64,000 nucleotides of DNA from a virus. Under the pieces are notes generated by a model that saw only the letters and a list, made by a program, of their open reading frames with translations, was not told the origin of the DNA and did no database searches. Positions 37,046-47,404 of this stretch are shown piece by piece; position 1 is the stretch's first letter, and every line of letters starts with the position of its first letter. The stretch spans positions 1 to 64,000 of IMG/VR virus record IMGVR_UViG_3300030103_004672; one strand, given 5' to 3'. A program made the translations under genes and the position numbers.

Positions 37046-38182
37046 ATGGATCGAAAATTAGAAAAAAAGTACGAAGAGTTAGCAGAGCTTAAAAAATTAG
37101 CAGGCGAGTATTATAACTACGAACAAGGAATCAAGCTCATGCTTAATTCGATCTACGGTGCATTTGGAAATCCATACTTTTATTTCTTCAATGTTGACAT
37201 AGCAGAAACTATCACACTTCAGGGTAAAGATGCTATTCTTTACACAGAAGAATTAGTAAACAAATACTTTAGAGAATTTTGGCATTTAGATACGGATGCA
37301 CACAATAAGATGGGTATCACCGTTACTGGAAAGATCAAGCAACCTGTAGGAATCTATATTGACACTGATTCAATTTACATGAAATTTGAAGAAGTTATCA
37401 AAAACTCAGACTGGGAAGGTGATTCTAAAACTTTTATACTTAATTTATACAAGCATAGATTAGGAGAATACATTGAACGCATTCTACAAAAATATGCTGA
37501 TGACAACAACGCCGAAAACTTCTTAAGCTTCGAACTAGAAAGCATTGCAAAGAATGCTATCTGGTTAGCTAAAAAGAAATACATGCAAAATATAGTTTGG
37601 AAAGATCCTGACTTACATTATGATGATCTTACTAAGATCAGCGCTAAGGGATTTGAAATTATTCAATCATCTACTCCGATATTTGCAAGGCAGAAGTTAA
37701 AAGACTTATTAAAATACATCTTTTCTGTTGAAGAGCTTAGCATGAAGGATTTTGCAGGTCGTCTTAAAGAAATAAAGCGTGAGTTCAAGCTTGCAAACGT
37801 TGAAAATATAAGTTTTGCAAAAAAGGTAAACAATTATCAAAGGTATGTTCTAAACGACATAGATAGATTTGAGATTACTAAAGGATGCCCTATCGGTGTA
37901 AGAAGTGCAGGATATCATAATTACTTGCTAAATAATTCAAATGCAAAAATGAAATACAAACCGCTTGGTAATGGCGAAAAGTTAAAAATGTATTTTTCTA
38001 CAGATAGGCACTGTGATGTATTTGCATATGCACCTGGTGATTATCCTTATGAATTTGCACCTGAAATAGATTACGATGTGCAATTTGAGAAAACTATATT
38101 AGATCCAATAAATCGGGTTATTAAGGCGATGGGATTCAAGCCATTTGATCGTAACTTGATTTATGCAGTGTCTTTATTCTAA
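37046..38182 (+). CDS. Family B DNA polymerase, C-terminal fragment (motifs B and C, thumb)
   Basis: KLMLNSIYG, YIDTDS, KKKY, KGFEIIQSSTP; ends AVSLF. Confidence 0.92.
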   Translation: MDRKLEKKYEELAELKKLAGEYYNYEQGIKLMLNSIYGAFGNPYFYFFNVDIAETITLQGKDAILYTEELVNKYFREFWHLDTDAHNKMGITVTGKIKQPVGIYIDTDSIYMKFEEVIKNSDWEGDSKTFILNLYKHRLGEYIERILQKYADDNNAENFLSFELESIAKNAIWLAKKKYMQNIVWKDPDLHYDDLTKISAKGFEIIQSSTPIFARQKLKDLLKYIFSVEELSMKDFAGRLKEIKREFKLANVENISFAKKVNNYQRYVLNDIDRFEITKGCPIGVRSAGYHNYLLNNSNAKMKYKPLGNGEKLKMYFSTDRHCDVFAYAPGDYPYEFAPEIDYDVQFEKTILDPINRVIKAMGFKPFDRNLIYAVSLF

Positions 38183-38207
38183 ACATTTTGATCAATTGCC
38201 ATATAAA
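38180..38207 (+). promoter_or_regulatory. Putative middle promoter TAAACA-N16-TATAAA
   Basis: Conserved bipartite motif. Confidence 0.7.
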
Positions 38208-38222
38208 AAATAAACTTTTAAA

Positions 38223-39416
38223 ATGGCAACAAAAACATTCTCGTTTGATGATCTAAATAAGGAAATGAGTAAAATCTCTCAATATGGAGATACGCTTGAT
38301 AAGTCAACAATTTCATCAATTGATCATTTCATACCCACTGGTAATTTTCATCTAAACGCATGCCTTACAGGTTCACTATTTGGAGGGTTTCCAAATAATC
38401 GAGCAGTTGCTCTAGCAGGACCTTCTGGAACTGGTAAGACTTTTTTGGTTTTAAATGCGATCAAACAGGCTCAAGATTTAGGTTATTCAATCATATTCTA
38501 TGATTCAGAGAATGCTGTAGATAAGGAATTAGTAGAAAAGTTTAACATTGATACTTCAAAATTTAGATATGAGCCATGTAATACTGTTCAAGAGTTTAGA
38601 AAATCTGTAACTGCAGTTGCTGATAACCTTATTGAAATGAAAAATAAGGGATTTGAGTTACCTAAAGTTATGATCATATTAGATTCGGCAGGTAATTTAG
38701 CAACACAAAAAGAAATTGATGATGCTAAGTCCGGCAGTGACAAAGCTGACATGACACGTGCAAAACTACTGAAATCAACTTTCAGAATCCTAATGACAAA
38801 ACTTGGTATTTGTCAAATACCTTTCTTGTTTACAAACCACACTTATCAGACCCAAGACTTATTCTCTAAGACTGTTGGGGGCGGTGGAACTGGGCCTGAG
38901 TACGCAGCTTCTATTATTTTGTTCTTAGGAAAGGCAAAACTAAAAGAAGGTACTGAGCAAACTGGAATTGTTGTGACCGCAAAGCCGAACAAAAATAGAT
39001 TTGCCAAGCCACTTCCAATCAAATTCCACATCTCTTTTAATAAGGGCATGAATCCATATGTTGGCCTTGAAGAATATATTAGTTGGGATCTTTGCGGAAT
39101 AGAAAGGGGTAGATTTATAACAGAATCCCAGTTTAAAAAGTTAAATTCAACGCAGCAGGATGAATGCAGAAAGCATGAGTACGAAGATTCAGGAAAGACT
39201 AAGATTGTTTACTTCCAACCATCTCAAACCGCTAGAAAACTTTGTGTGAAACATCTTAATGACACCGTTGATCTTAATGAACTATTTACACCTAGAGTTA
39301 TTACTAGTGACGTGCTTCAGTCTATCGAGCCAATTATAAATGAGAAATTTTCTTATGGTACTGAAGATCTAAATGCAGCAGATCTGTCTATTATGTTAGA
39401 AGGAGACGATGTTTGA
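38223..39416 (+). CDS. uvsX: UvsX/RecA-like recombinase
   Basis: GPSGTGKT, YDSE, LDSAGNL, DMTRAK, NHTY, GGG.GPEY. Confidence 0.92.
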   Translation: MATKTFSFDDLNKEMSKISQYGDTLDKSTISSIDHFIPTGNFHLNACLTGSLFGGFPNNRAVALAGPSGTGKTFLVLNAIKQAQDLGYSIIFYDSENAVDKELVEKFNIDTSKFRYEPCNTVQEFRKSVTAVADNLIEMKNKGFELPKVMIILDSAGNLATQKEIDDAKSGSDKADMTRAKLLKSTFRILMTKLGICQIPFLFTNHTYQTQDLFSKTVGGGGTGPEYAASIILFLGKAKLKEGTEQTGIVVTAKPNKNRFAKPLPIKFHISFNKGMNPYVGLEEYISWDLCGIERGRFITESQFKKLNSTQQDECRKHEYEDSGKTKIVYFQPSQTARKLCVKHLNDTVDLNELFTPRVITSDVLQSIEPIINEKFSYGTEDLNAADLSIMLEGDDV

Positions 39417-39708
39417 TAGACGAATCGATACAGGCAAGTTAAAAGTCAAATACGTTTTAGGCAATCACGCAGCGATGCCTAATTACCCTGATGGTGAGGA
39501 CATCATATTTGAAATTATACGAGAACTATGTTCAAAGCCTAACAAGAAAACTAAGTTTACTGATGTTTCAATTTCTAAAAAGTTTGGTATAAGTATTGAT
39601 GAAGTCAACAATAAACTTCTAAAATTTGTTCATGAGAATATAATAGAAATGGTTGGCAACACTCGTACTAAAATAACTTATGATTTTAAATCAAACCCAT
39701 ATTCTTAA
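39409..39708 (+). CDS. Hypothetical protein, possibly winged-helix
   Basis: Overlaps the uvsX stop; HTH-like ISKKFGISIDEVNNKL. Confidence 0.5.
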   Translation: MFDRRIDTGKLKVKYVLGNHAAMPNYPDGEDIIFEIIRELCSKPNKKTKFTDVSISKKFGISIDEVNNKLLKFVHENIIEMVGNTRTKITYDFKSNPYS

Positions 39709-39710
39709 TC

Positions 39711-40997
39711 ATGCGCAGTAGTATAGATCACGAAAAAATATTTTTTAATTACTTTTTAGAAAAGCCTACATATTTAAAGTCAGTTGGCAAAAACTTCTTT
39801 AAAAATCAAGATTTAGATTTTGTTGTAAATCTATGTAAAGACTTCTTTATTAAGTTTGGTGAAGCCCCTTCAAAGGATCAGGTAAAGGCTCTTGTCAAAG
39901 ACGTTGAGTCTGAGGTATCTGATGATATGATAGATTCTATATTTAATGTGTCTGTCAAGGAATACGATCACGAATGGCTTAAAAGAACTGCAGAGGCTTG
40001 GGTAAAATGGAACCATTTTGACAAGCAAATTGTAAGAACTATTGAATACATTAAGACTGTTGACGTTTCGCCTGAGAACGTAGAAGACGTCGTAGGTCGT
40101 GCCATAAACATGATTTCAACTGACGGTTCGTTGACATTTGATGCTGATGTAGGATTAGATTTCTTTAATCCTGAAGATCACATACAAAGAACAACTAAGA
40201 AATTAGAGACTGGCTGGAATTTTATAGATAACATCTCAGGAGGTGGTTACGATCCAAAGTCATTAATTGTATATGCAGGTGAACAGAACGTCGGTAAGTC
40301 TATTTGGTTGGCTAATGATGCAGCTAACTTTGTACGCATGGGCCATAATGTAGTTTTCGTTACTGCTGAAATGTCTGCTCAAAAAGTATTAAAGAGAATC
40401 GGATCGAATCTACTGAATGTGAAAATGATGGATTATGATCAGAAGTCTGTCAACAGAGACTTCATGAAGAGAAAGCTTGAAAAGGTATCTCGTGGTATTC
40501 TACCACCTGGTAAACTCTTTGTTAAGGAATTTCCAACATCACAAGGAACTGTACTAGATATTGAAGCGTATCTAAAAACTTTAGAAGAATCTCAAGATCA
40601 TAAGGTAAATGTTGTTATTGTTGACTATATAAATATATTAGCCAACTACCGAAATCCTAATACAGAGAATACTTACATGAAAATAAAGCAGATTGCTGAA
40701 GATTTACGTGCACTTGCAGTTAAAAGAGACATGTTAATTATTTCGGCGACTCAAATAAATCGTGGCGCCTGGGACTCGAGTGAAGTAAAGATGGAGAACA
40801 TTGCTGAATCAGCAGGTCTGGCGCATACTGTTGATGTTATGTACGCACTGATCCAGGATTCAATGATGCATGCAGGCAGAGAATATTGGCTTAAAGTTTT
40901 AAAAATAAGAGATGGCCAAGGCAAGGGAAGTAGATGTCGATTTAATATCGACTACGACTACATGAGACTTACAGAGACTGGTGATATAACACAATAG
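39711..40997 (+). CDS. Replicative DnaB-like helicase (gp41)
   Basis: GEQNVGKS, TAEMS, VKEFPT, VDYINI, SATQINR, AESAGL. Confidence 0.92.
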   Translation: MRSSIDHEKIFFNYFLEKPTYLKSVGKNFFKNQDLDFVVNLCKDFFIKFGEAPSKDQVKALVKDVESEVSDDMIDSIFNVSVKEYDHEWLKRTAEAWVKWNHFDKQIVRTIEYIKTVDVSPENVEDVVGRAINMISTDGSLTFDADVGLDFFNPEDHIQRTTKKLETGWNFIDNISGGGYDPKSLIVYAGEQNVGKSIWLANDAANFVRMGHNVVFVTAEMSAQKVLKRIGSNLLNVKMMDYDQKSVNRDFMKRKLEKVSRGILPPGKLFVKEFPTSQGTVLDIEAYLKTLEESQDHKVNVVIVDYINILANYRNPNTENTYMKIKQIAEDLRALAVKRDMLIISATQINRGAWDSSEVKMENIAESAGLAHTVDVMYALIQDSMMHAGREYWLKVLKIRDGQGKGSRCRFNIDYDYMRLTETGDITQ

Positions 40998-41002
40998 AAA
41001 TT

Positions 41003-41437
41003 ATGAATAGAGATAAAATATTTAACAATACTTACGGAGAGCAAGATCTAAGTGATTCTAAAATAGAATTTAAGGTTGCACCTAGTTACGAGACAGATCT
41101 AGATCCTGATGACCAGATGCACTACAACATATTGTTCAAAAAAATAGATGCTTTAATAGAGGACTCAGAATTCAGCCAGCTTAGTAAAGTCACACCTGAT
41201 GGTGTTGTTAAAAAGCTTAACAAAGTACAAATCAACAAAGTATTTCTATACGTTATCGAACATTTAGGTACTTCTTATTCAAGGATAGATCTATTTAGTG
41301 TGATTTCTGACTACTTTGATGTATTTCCAAATAAGTTTTATAATTCATTGTCTAACAAATTTAAAGATGAATTGATACTAGAGCTTGATAAGAAGTACGA
41401 TATTCTTAAGAAGAAAAAAATTAATAAACTCTTTTAA
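41003..41437 (+). CDS. Hypothetical protein, possibly a gp33-like late-transcription coactivator
   Basis: Helical C-terminal half is reminiscent of gp33; ends KINKLF. Confidence 0.35.
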   Translation: MNRDKIFNNTYGEQDLSDSKIEFKVAPSYETDLDPDDQMHYNILFKKIDALIEDSEFSQLSKVTPDGVVKKLNKVQINKVFLYVIEHLGTSYSRIDLFSVISDYFDVFPNKFYNSLSNKFKDELILELDKKYDILKKKKINKLF

Positions 41438-42540
41438 TGAAAAGGGTTTGGATGATATCCGACACGCATCTCGGCTGTCGGTCTAACTCAGTCATGTGGC
41501 TGAATTTAATCGAGGACTACTTTTTTAATTTTTTTATACCTTTAGTTAAAAAGGAATATAAAAAAGGCGATGTACTATTCCATCTTGGTGATGTCTTCGA
41601 TAACAGGCAAAGCCTAAACTTAGCAGCACAAAACCTTGGTATAAGAGTTTTTGAAGAACTTGGTAAAATATTTCCCGAAGTGCATATTATCGTTGGGAAT
41701 CATGATATCATGAGAAAAAACTCAAATGATATTTCTTCGGTTGACTGTCTAAAATATATTCCGAATGTAAATGTGCATAAGGAGCCAAAAATTATTAGTC
41801 GTAACTCAAATGCAAACTGTGTGCTCATGCCATGGAGGCGTAACTCAGATCATGAAAAGGAAACTCTTGCTAAAATAGCTAAAAAGCTAAAAGGAGATAA
41901 AAAGTCATTCTTGTTCTGTCACTCAGAAACACAAGGCGTGCAGACAAGCCCTAGTAAAAGGCATTTACATGATGGCGGTAATTCAGTTGAAGTGTTTAAA
42001 GGATATCATAGAGTTTATTCTGGACATATCCACTATAGACAAGAAAAGAAAAACTTTACACTAGTTGGAAATCCTTATCACATGACAAGATCAGATAGGG
42101 ATAATACTAAAGGCATATACCTTTTAGATCTAGAGACAGGTGATCATACCTTTTTTGAAAACAAATATTCTCCAAAGTTCACTAGATATTATATGAATGA
42201 TTTATTTGAGAGAAGAATGGCTGACATCAAATCAGAAATAGAAAATAATTTCGTTGACATATTCGTTCCTTCAAACGCTCTAGGCAAATACAATATAAAC
42301 CAGTTTATGACCTACTTAGATGGTCACGCTAGAAAATTAGAGCCAAGAATTTATGATGAGGAAAATCCCATAGAATGCCAAGATGATAACATTTCAGATT
42401 TTAAAGGTGAATTAGACATATTTAAGATAGCTCAAGATTACGTTAATGGTCTGGATTATGACGAAGAACTAAAACAAAAGTTAGTGAATTCCATAAAAGA
42501 GTTATATTTAGAGACAACCACACCATCGTATGCGCATTAA
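41437..42540 (+). CDS. Recombination endonuclease subunit (gp47/Mre11-like)
   Basis: SDTHLG, GDVFD, GNHD, SGHIH. Confidence 0.92.
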   Translation: MKRVWMISDTHLGCRSNSVMWLNLIEDYFFNFFIPLVKKEYKKGDVLFHLGDVFDNRQSLNLAAQNLGIRVFEELGKIFPEVHIIVGNHDIMRKNSNDISSVDCLKYIPNVNVHKEPKIISRNSNANCVLMPWRRNSDHEKETLAKIAKKLKGDKKSFLFCHSETQGVQTSPSKRHLHDGGNSVEVFKGYHRVYSGHIHYRQEKKNFTLVGNPYHMTRSDRDNTKGIYLLDLETGDHTFFENKYSPKFTRYYMNDLFERRMADIKSEIENNFVDIFVPSNALGKYNINQFMTYLDGHARKLEPRIYDEENPIECQDDNISDFKGELDIFKIAQDYVNGLDYDEELKQKLVNSIKELYLETTTPSYAH

Positions 42541-44197
42541 ATCACTGCAATTTAAGAACTTCGCAAGCTACGGTAACCGAATACAGAACATTGAATTTGA
42601 AAAGGGTAAAGGCGACCTTTACTTAGTTCTTGGTAACAATGGCGTAGGAAAAAGCACTCTTGCTAGAGTGATGACATATTTATGCTATGGAAGAGTTGAA
42701 GGTGTAAACCTCAGAGATCTTCCAAACAGAGTTAATAGTGGCCTGTGGGGAAAAATACATCTCGAAAGCAAAGGTAAGCACATAGAAATAGAAAGAGGAA
42801 TAGCACCTAGTATTTTCAATGTAAAAATAAATGGCGAAGAATACGATGTTGCAGGTAAAAGCAACATGCAGGATTTTCTGGAAACTGAGATGTATGAAAT
42901 CCCTTACCATGTATTTAAGAATGTAATCATATTGTCAGTTAATGATTTTAAATCATTCATTACGATGTCTCCGCATGATAAAAAGATGATCGTCGATAGA
43001 ATATTTGGATTTTCTGTGATAAACGATATGCGTGAGATTGTAAAACAAAAGCGCAGAGAGATTATTGATGAAATAAGAACGTTTGATGATGAAATAAGAA
43101 CGCTAGACGATTCTATTAGATCTGTGGCTAATCAGCTTGAAAAACTTGAAAAAGAAAATGAAGCTAAGAATAAAGCAGAAATAAAAATACTAAAGGAAAA
43201 GCTCATCAAACTTGGCGAGAGCAAGAAAAAGCTAGTAGAAGCAAATAATAAGATAAAGGATCAAATATCTAAAGTTGATAAAGAGCTTAAGGAAGAATCA
43301 TCTTTAGCATACGACATTAAGTCAAAAATACGAGGCATTCAAACTGGTCTTAAATTATATGAACAGAAGGCATGCCCTACATGTAGTGCACCTTTGGATT
43401 CCGATTTCCATACAAACCTAAAGCAAGATAAATTAGATCAGGCAGAAGACCTTAAAGAATCTTTTAAAGCTGCAAGCGAAAATGTAACTTCGCTAGAATC
43501 TAAGATGTCAAAGCTGAGGGAGCAGAATAGAGAGATTATATCACGAGCTAGTAACTTGGATGCATCAGTTAATCAATTAAAAGAGGAACTAGTAAAGTTA
43601 GCTAAGCGCGAATCAAATGACTCAGACCATTTAAAAACCCTAGTTAAGCAGTTTGGGGATAGGCTAAAATCTAAAAAAGATTCTAAGAATAAAATAGAGG
43701 GTGAAGACTATTATTTGACTATTTTGGAGAATATGATGGGCGACGATGGTATTAAGAATATGGCAATTAGATCAGTCTTGCCTTCTCTAAACAACAATGT
43801 AACTCTGATGGCAAAGGAAATGGGAATTCCATTTGGTATCAGGTTTGATGAAAAATTTAATTGCACTCTACATCATCTAGGAGAAGAAATAAGCCCAAAG
43901 ACTTTATCAACAGGTGAGAAAAAGAAGGTTGATTTCGTAGTGATCATGTCACTGATAAAAATGATAAAGATTAGATTCCCTAGCCTAAATATTTTATTCC
44001 TAGATGAAATCTTCTCAAGTATAGACGCTGATGGAGTTTACCATATCGTTAGCATTTTACACAATACCATACAGGAGATTGGTTTAAATACATTTGTAAT
44101 TAATCATACTGTACTACCTAGCGAATACTTTGATAAAAAATTAGAGATAAGTAAGGATGCAGGTTTTAGTGAGTTCAACATTGAAACAATAGGCTGA
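42530..44197 (+). CDS. Recombination ATPase subunit (gp46/Rad50-like)
   Basis: GNNGVGKS, zinc hook CPTC, LSTGE, LFLDE, long coiled coil. Confidence 0.92.
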   Translation: MRIKSLQFKNFASYGNRIQNIEFEKGKGDLYLVLGNNGVGKSTLARVMTYLCYGRVEGVNLRDLPNRVNSGLWGKIHLESKGKHIEIERGIAPSIFNVKINGEEYDVAGKSNMQDFLETEMYEIPYHVFKNVIILSVNDFKSFITMSPHDKKMIVDRIFGFSVINDMREIVKQKRREIIDEIRTFDDEIRTLDDSIRSVANQLEKLEKENEAKNKAEIKILKEKLIKLGESKKKLVEANNKIKDQISKVDKELKEESSLAYDIKSKIRGIQTGLKLYEQKACPTCSAPLDSDFHTNLKQDKLDQAEDLKESFKAASENVTSLESKMSKLREQNREIISRASNLDASVNQLKEELVKLAKRESNDSDHLKTLVKQFGDRLKSKKDSKNKIEGEDYYLTILENMMGDDGIKNMAIRSVLPSLNNNVTLMAKEMGIPFGIRFDEKFNCTLHHLGEEISPKTLSTGEKKKVDFVVIMSLIKMIKIRFPSLNILFLDEIFSSIDADGVYHIVSILHNTIQEIGLNTFVINHTVLPSEYFDKKLEISKDAGFSEFNIETIG

Positions 44198-44204
44198 TAT
44201 ATAA
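44196..44204 (+). promoter_or_regulatory. Putative late promoter GATATATAA
   Basis: Recurrent motif. Confidence 0.65.
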
Positions 44205-44237
44205 TTCAGCGCAACTTTGTGCAAATTTTTAGTTAAT

Positions 44238-45440
44238 ATGTCAGCATACAATCAGGAATTTAATAAAGACAACGTAGTTCTTAGGTATATTATTGTTGCC
44301 TTGCTTGCTGAACTAAGAGAAAAGGTATTTTATTACAATCAGCTTGATGAGGACACTACTCAGAAAGTACAAGTTCCTTTTTATTATTCAGTTACAGGAA
44401 ACGAGAGGTTGTTGTTAGATGTTTTTAAGTTTGGAACTGCTGAAAACGACGAAGCGATAGGTGATTATGATGTTGTGCCAAGGGGAGTGATTCAACTAAC
44501 AGGAGTTTCTATTGATTCAGGCTCACTAACTAATAAGTTTACAAGAGCAAGTTTTGTTAGAAATATTGGTGGATATTTAAAAACTCTTATGTTGGATACA
44601 GCATACATTCCATTAGTAATGACATTTGATACAACTGTGGTTTGTTCGTCTAATCTTGAAATGCTTAAGGTTACAGAATCTTTGATGAGTAGAATGTATA
44701 AAACAACCAGATTTCAGGTTGATTTAGGCATGTTTAGAGTTGAAGCATCTGTTGGTTTACCTGAGGACTATTCACAAAATAAACTTTTTGAGTATGGCCT
44801 CTCTGATAAAAAGGAGTTTACTGTGACATTTGCACTAGAAGTTAAATCGTTCCTTCCTGTATTTGACGGAGGATTCTTAATGAAAGAAATAGATGTTTTA
44901 GCAGAAGAGGCGATTGATAAAGCTATAGCTGAACATGAAGCTGCTGTTCAAGCGGCACGAGGCACTGGGCTAGTTCCTGGTGTCGGGGCAGGTACTGTAG
45001 ATAACGGAACTCCAAATCCGTCACCTAGTAATATAGAATCTACACAGGCTAATGACGATGGCACCTACACAATAACATTTAAAGATGGAACAACAACTGT
45101 CACAGATGATTTGAGAACCGTTTCTCCTACTGCAACTGGAGACGGCGCATTTCCAGAAATACCACTAAGTATTGGCCAAGTTGGAGTTTTAAGAAATGGT
45201 ACAATAGAATTTATAGGTGGGTCTATGACGGAAATGCAATCGAGCGTTGAGCCTATTAAGAAATTTTCACCGCAGTCAACAGTATCTGGAGATTCAAATT
45301 CTGCATTTGTAGATCCTGATAGTATTAATGAGCCTAATTTCTCAAGCAACACGGTGACTACAAATCAGCCAGCGCCAGAGCAGAAAGATAGTAAAGTATA
45401 TAGAAATGCTTCAAATGAAGATAACAACAGTAATACATAA
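44238..45440 (+). CDS. Tail sheath stabiliser/terminator (gp15-like) with a C-terminal extension
   Basis: VQVPFYY, PRGVIQLTG, IPLVMTF. ATG 44238 is preferred over TTG 44217. Confidence 0.65.
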   Translation: MSAYNQEFNKDNVVLRYIIVALLAELREKVFYYNQLDEDTTQKVQVPFYYSVTGNERLLLDVFKFGTAENDEAIGDYDVVPRGVIQLTGVSIDSGSLTNKFTRASFVRNIGGYLKTLMLDTAYIPLVMTFDTTVVCSSNLEMLKVTESLMSRMYKTTRFQVDLGMFRVEASVGLPEDYSQNKLFEYGLSDKKEFTVTFALEVKSFLPVFDGGFLMKEIDVLAEEAIDKAIAEHEAAVQAARGTGLVPGVGAGTVDNGTPNPSPSNIESTQANDDGTYTITFKDGTTTVTDDLRTVSPTATGDGAFPEIPLSIGQVGVLRNGTIEFIGGSMTEMQSSVEPIKKFSPQSTVSGDSNSAFVDPDSINEPNFSSNTVTTNQPAPEQKDSKVYRNASNEDNNSNT

Positions 45441-45472
45441 TACATTTTTTATGATGTTACTTTTTTATTGAT

Positions 45473-45481
45473 GATATATAA
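45473..45481 (+). promoter_or_regulatory. Putative late promoter GATATATAA
   Basis: Recurrent motif. Confidence 0.65.
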
Positions 45482-45498
45482 AACAAATTAGATTATAG

Positions 45499-47346
45499 AT
45501 GTCGAAGATTAACGAAGGACAGACCCAAGTTTATATGAATGGGATGGTAACACCACAAGTTGGTGTTGATACAAGTGCAGCTTATCTCAATACGCCTCCA
45601 CAGCAATTGATGGATTTAGCTTACGAATTTTTTAAAAGCGGTAAATCAGAATCACAAGTTCTTGCAATTTTAGTAGGAATGGGTACTCCACAACAGTTAG
45701 CATACTCGGCAATTCAACATTATAAAATGGAAACAATGCAAAATAACCCAACAGTAGCAGAAAATACTAATCAAAAAAATAATTCAACGATGAACTTCAC
45801 ACTTACTGGTCTATATGAAATGGTAGTTAAAACCTTAGATAGCTTAAAAGAAATGTCTAGCGACAACTCTAGAGTTTCCTTTTCAGTTAAAGCCGCAACA
45901 GAAATATTGGAAAATGTAACAAGACAATTCCCAGTTAAATTCAATTCTCTTGGAGTAGATGGCCTTACAGAGGAAGTTGAGGCTACAGTGAATCCTTCAC
46001 TTAAATTTATGATAGCCAAAAATATACACAATCAGATTTCAGCATATAATTGGATCGATCCAGTGTTAGAATTAAAAGGTTTTATCGAAGAATGCTATAA
46101 CGAAAGAAAGTGGGCATTTAGAATTGCAGAGTCTGTATCTAACATGACCAGAAAAGACGGAATGTATGCTAAGCTAGGAGAAGAAATGGGTGCATTATTA
46201 AATGAATCAGAGCAAGTTATCTTTTCAAAGATGCCATTGATATCTTATTCAAACCCTTGGTCTCCAGAAGCTAAGAAATTAGTTGCTGAAATGAAGGAAG
46301 CTAAGAAAGAAAGCACTCCACAATCTGGAGCAACACCATACCGACTATTTACGCCAATGATTACCGAAGGCGAGTCTATGATATTCAGACTGCACGGAAA
46401 GGATTACAAGATGACTGATGGTTCTATCGAAGAAACAAAGGTTACAGATAACAGATACAACGTCATTGCAATGACTTTAGCTGAGGCTAATCATTCCGGA
46501 GACTCAATTGTATTCTTCGGTGATAATGGAAAATCATTAGAATTTAATATTAATGAAGGGACTATCATGTTAGGAAATATGGATATTTCTAACCATAGCT
46601 CGATTGAAATTCAAGAAGCACTTATTGCTACTAAATTCTATGGATTTAGAGATCAGTGGAAGATCAACAACCTTTGCACATTATTTGAAAATATAGGAAT
46701 GGTAACTGAAATGGATAACTTCCTTAATTTAACATCAGAGCAATTTCTACATGTATACTTAACTATGTTGAGCCTCCCTTTGAAAGAGGGTGTTTATGTA
46801 AATAAAGTAAATCACTCAATGGGCCTCAATGAAATGAAGTTTTTTGAGTCTGCAACTGATGCATTAAATGAAGCAAAGGATTTTATTGGATACGATGCTA
46901 CCACATATCTTTCTGAGAAGCTACAAAAAGAGAATAACGAGAAAGCTATTGTTGAAGCTAAAAGATCTAAGATCAACGAAGAAATCGATTTTCTAGAAGA
47001 AAAAAGAAAGGAGATCGAAGATGCTATGTCCAGAATTGGAGAAGACGAGTCTTTAAAAGAAGCCTTAGAGTTAATCAGCACTGAAATTGCTAAAAAGGAA
47101 AAAGAACTTTCAGGAACTTATACAACTGAGAAGATCAAAAACATTAATCAATATCTAAATGATGGTTATGTCGAGGCTACTGTTGCCAAGAATATACCAG
47201 GTTTAAGAAAAGGCGAGGCAATTTTAGTAAATGCAGAAGAATATTCTAGCCTTGGCGATGAAGATTTGATTGATACAATTATCGTTAAAAGCGGAAACAC
47301 TAAAATGGTAAAAAGAGGTGATTTAGAGATTAGTCTATCTAAGTAA
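45499..47346 (+). CDS. Putative head-associated/prohead core protein, 615 aa
   Basis: Late promoter upstream; many hydrophobic-x-E sites; C-terminal coiled coil. Confidence 0.4.
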   Translation: MSKINEGQTQVYMNGMVTPQVGVDTSAAYLNTPPQQLMDLAYEFFKSGKSESQVLAILVGMGTPQQLAYSAIQHYKMETMQNNPTVAENTNQKNNSTMNFTLTGLYEMVVKTLDSLKEMSSDNSRVSFSVKAATEILENVTRQFPVKFNSLGVDGLTEEVEATVNPSLKFMIAKNIHNQISAYNWIDPVLELKGFIEECYNERKWAFRIAESVSNMTRKDGMYAKLGEEMGALLNESEQVIFSKMPLISYSNPWSPEAKKLVAEMKEAKKESTPQSGATPYRLFTPMITEGESMIFRLHGKDYKMTDGSIEETKVTDNRYNVIAMTLAEANHSGDSIVFFGDNGKSLEFNINEGTIMLGNMDISNHSSIEIQEALIATKFYGFRDQWKINNLCTLFENIGMVTEMDNFLNLTSEQFLHVYLTMLSLPLKEGVYVNKVNHSMGLNEMKFFESATDALNEAKDFIGYDATTYLSEKLQKENNEKAIVEAKRSKINEEIDFLEEKRKEIEDAMSRIGEDESLKEALELISTEIAKKEKELSGTYTTEKIKNINQYLNDGYVEATVAKNIPGLRKGEAILVNAEEYSSLGDEDLIDTIIVKSGNTKMVKRGDLEISLSK

Positions 47347-47362
47347 GTATATTGTTTGCCAA

Positions 47363-47399
47363 TAAACCATTGGCTTTTATTTCATATAATAATAAATAA
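47363..47399 (+). promoter_or_regulatory. Tandem middle (TAAACC-N16-TATAAT) and late-like (AATAAATAA) promoter motifs
   Basis: Motifs at 47363-47390 and 47391-47399. Confidence 0.6.
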
Positions 47400-47404
47400 G
47401 CAAT

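Noticed and set aside
27700-37150. Split intein or intron joining the two polymerase halves
   Set aside because: No Cys/Ser-initiated intein N-part after fragment A and no His-Asn-Cys/Ser junction in fragment B. The intervening region holds ordinary genes and a terminator.
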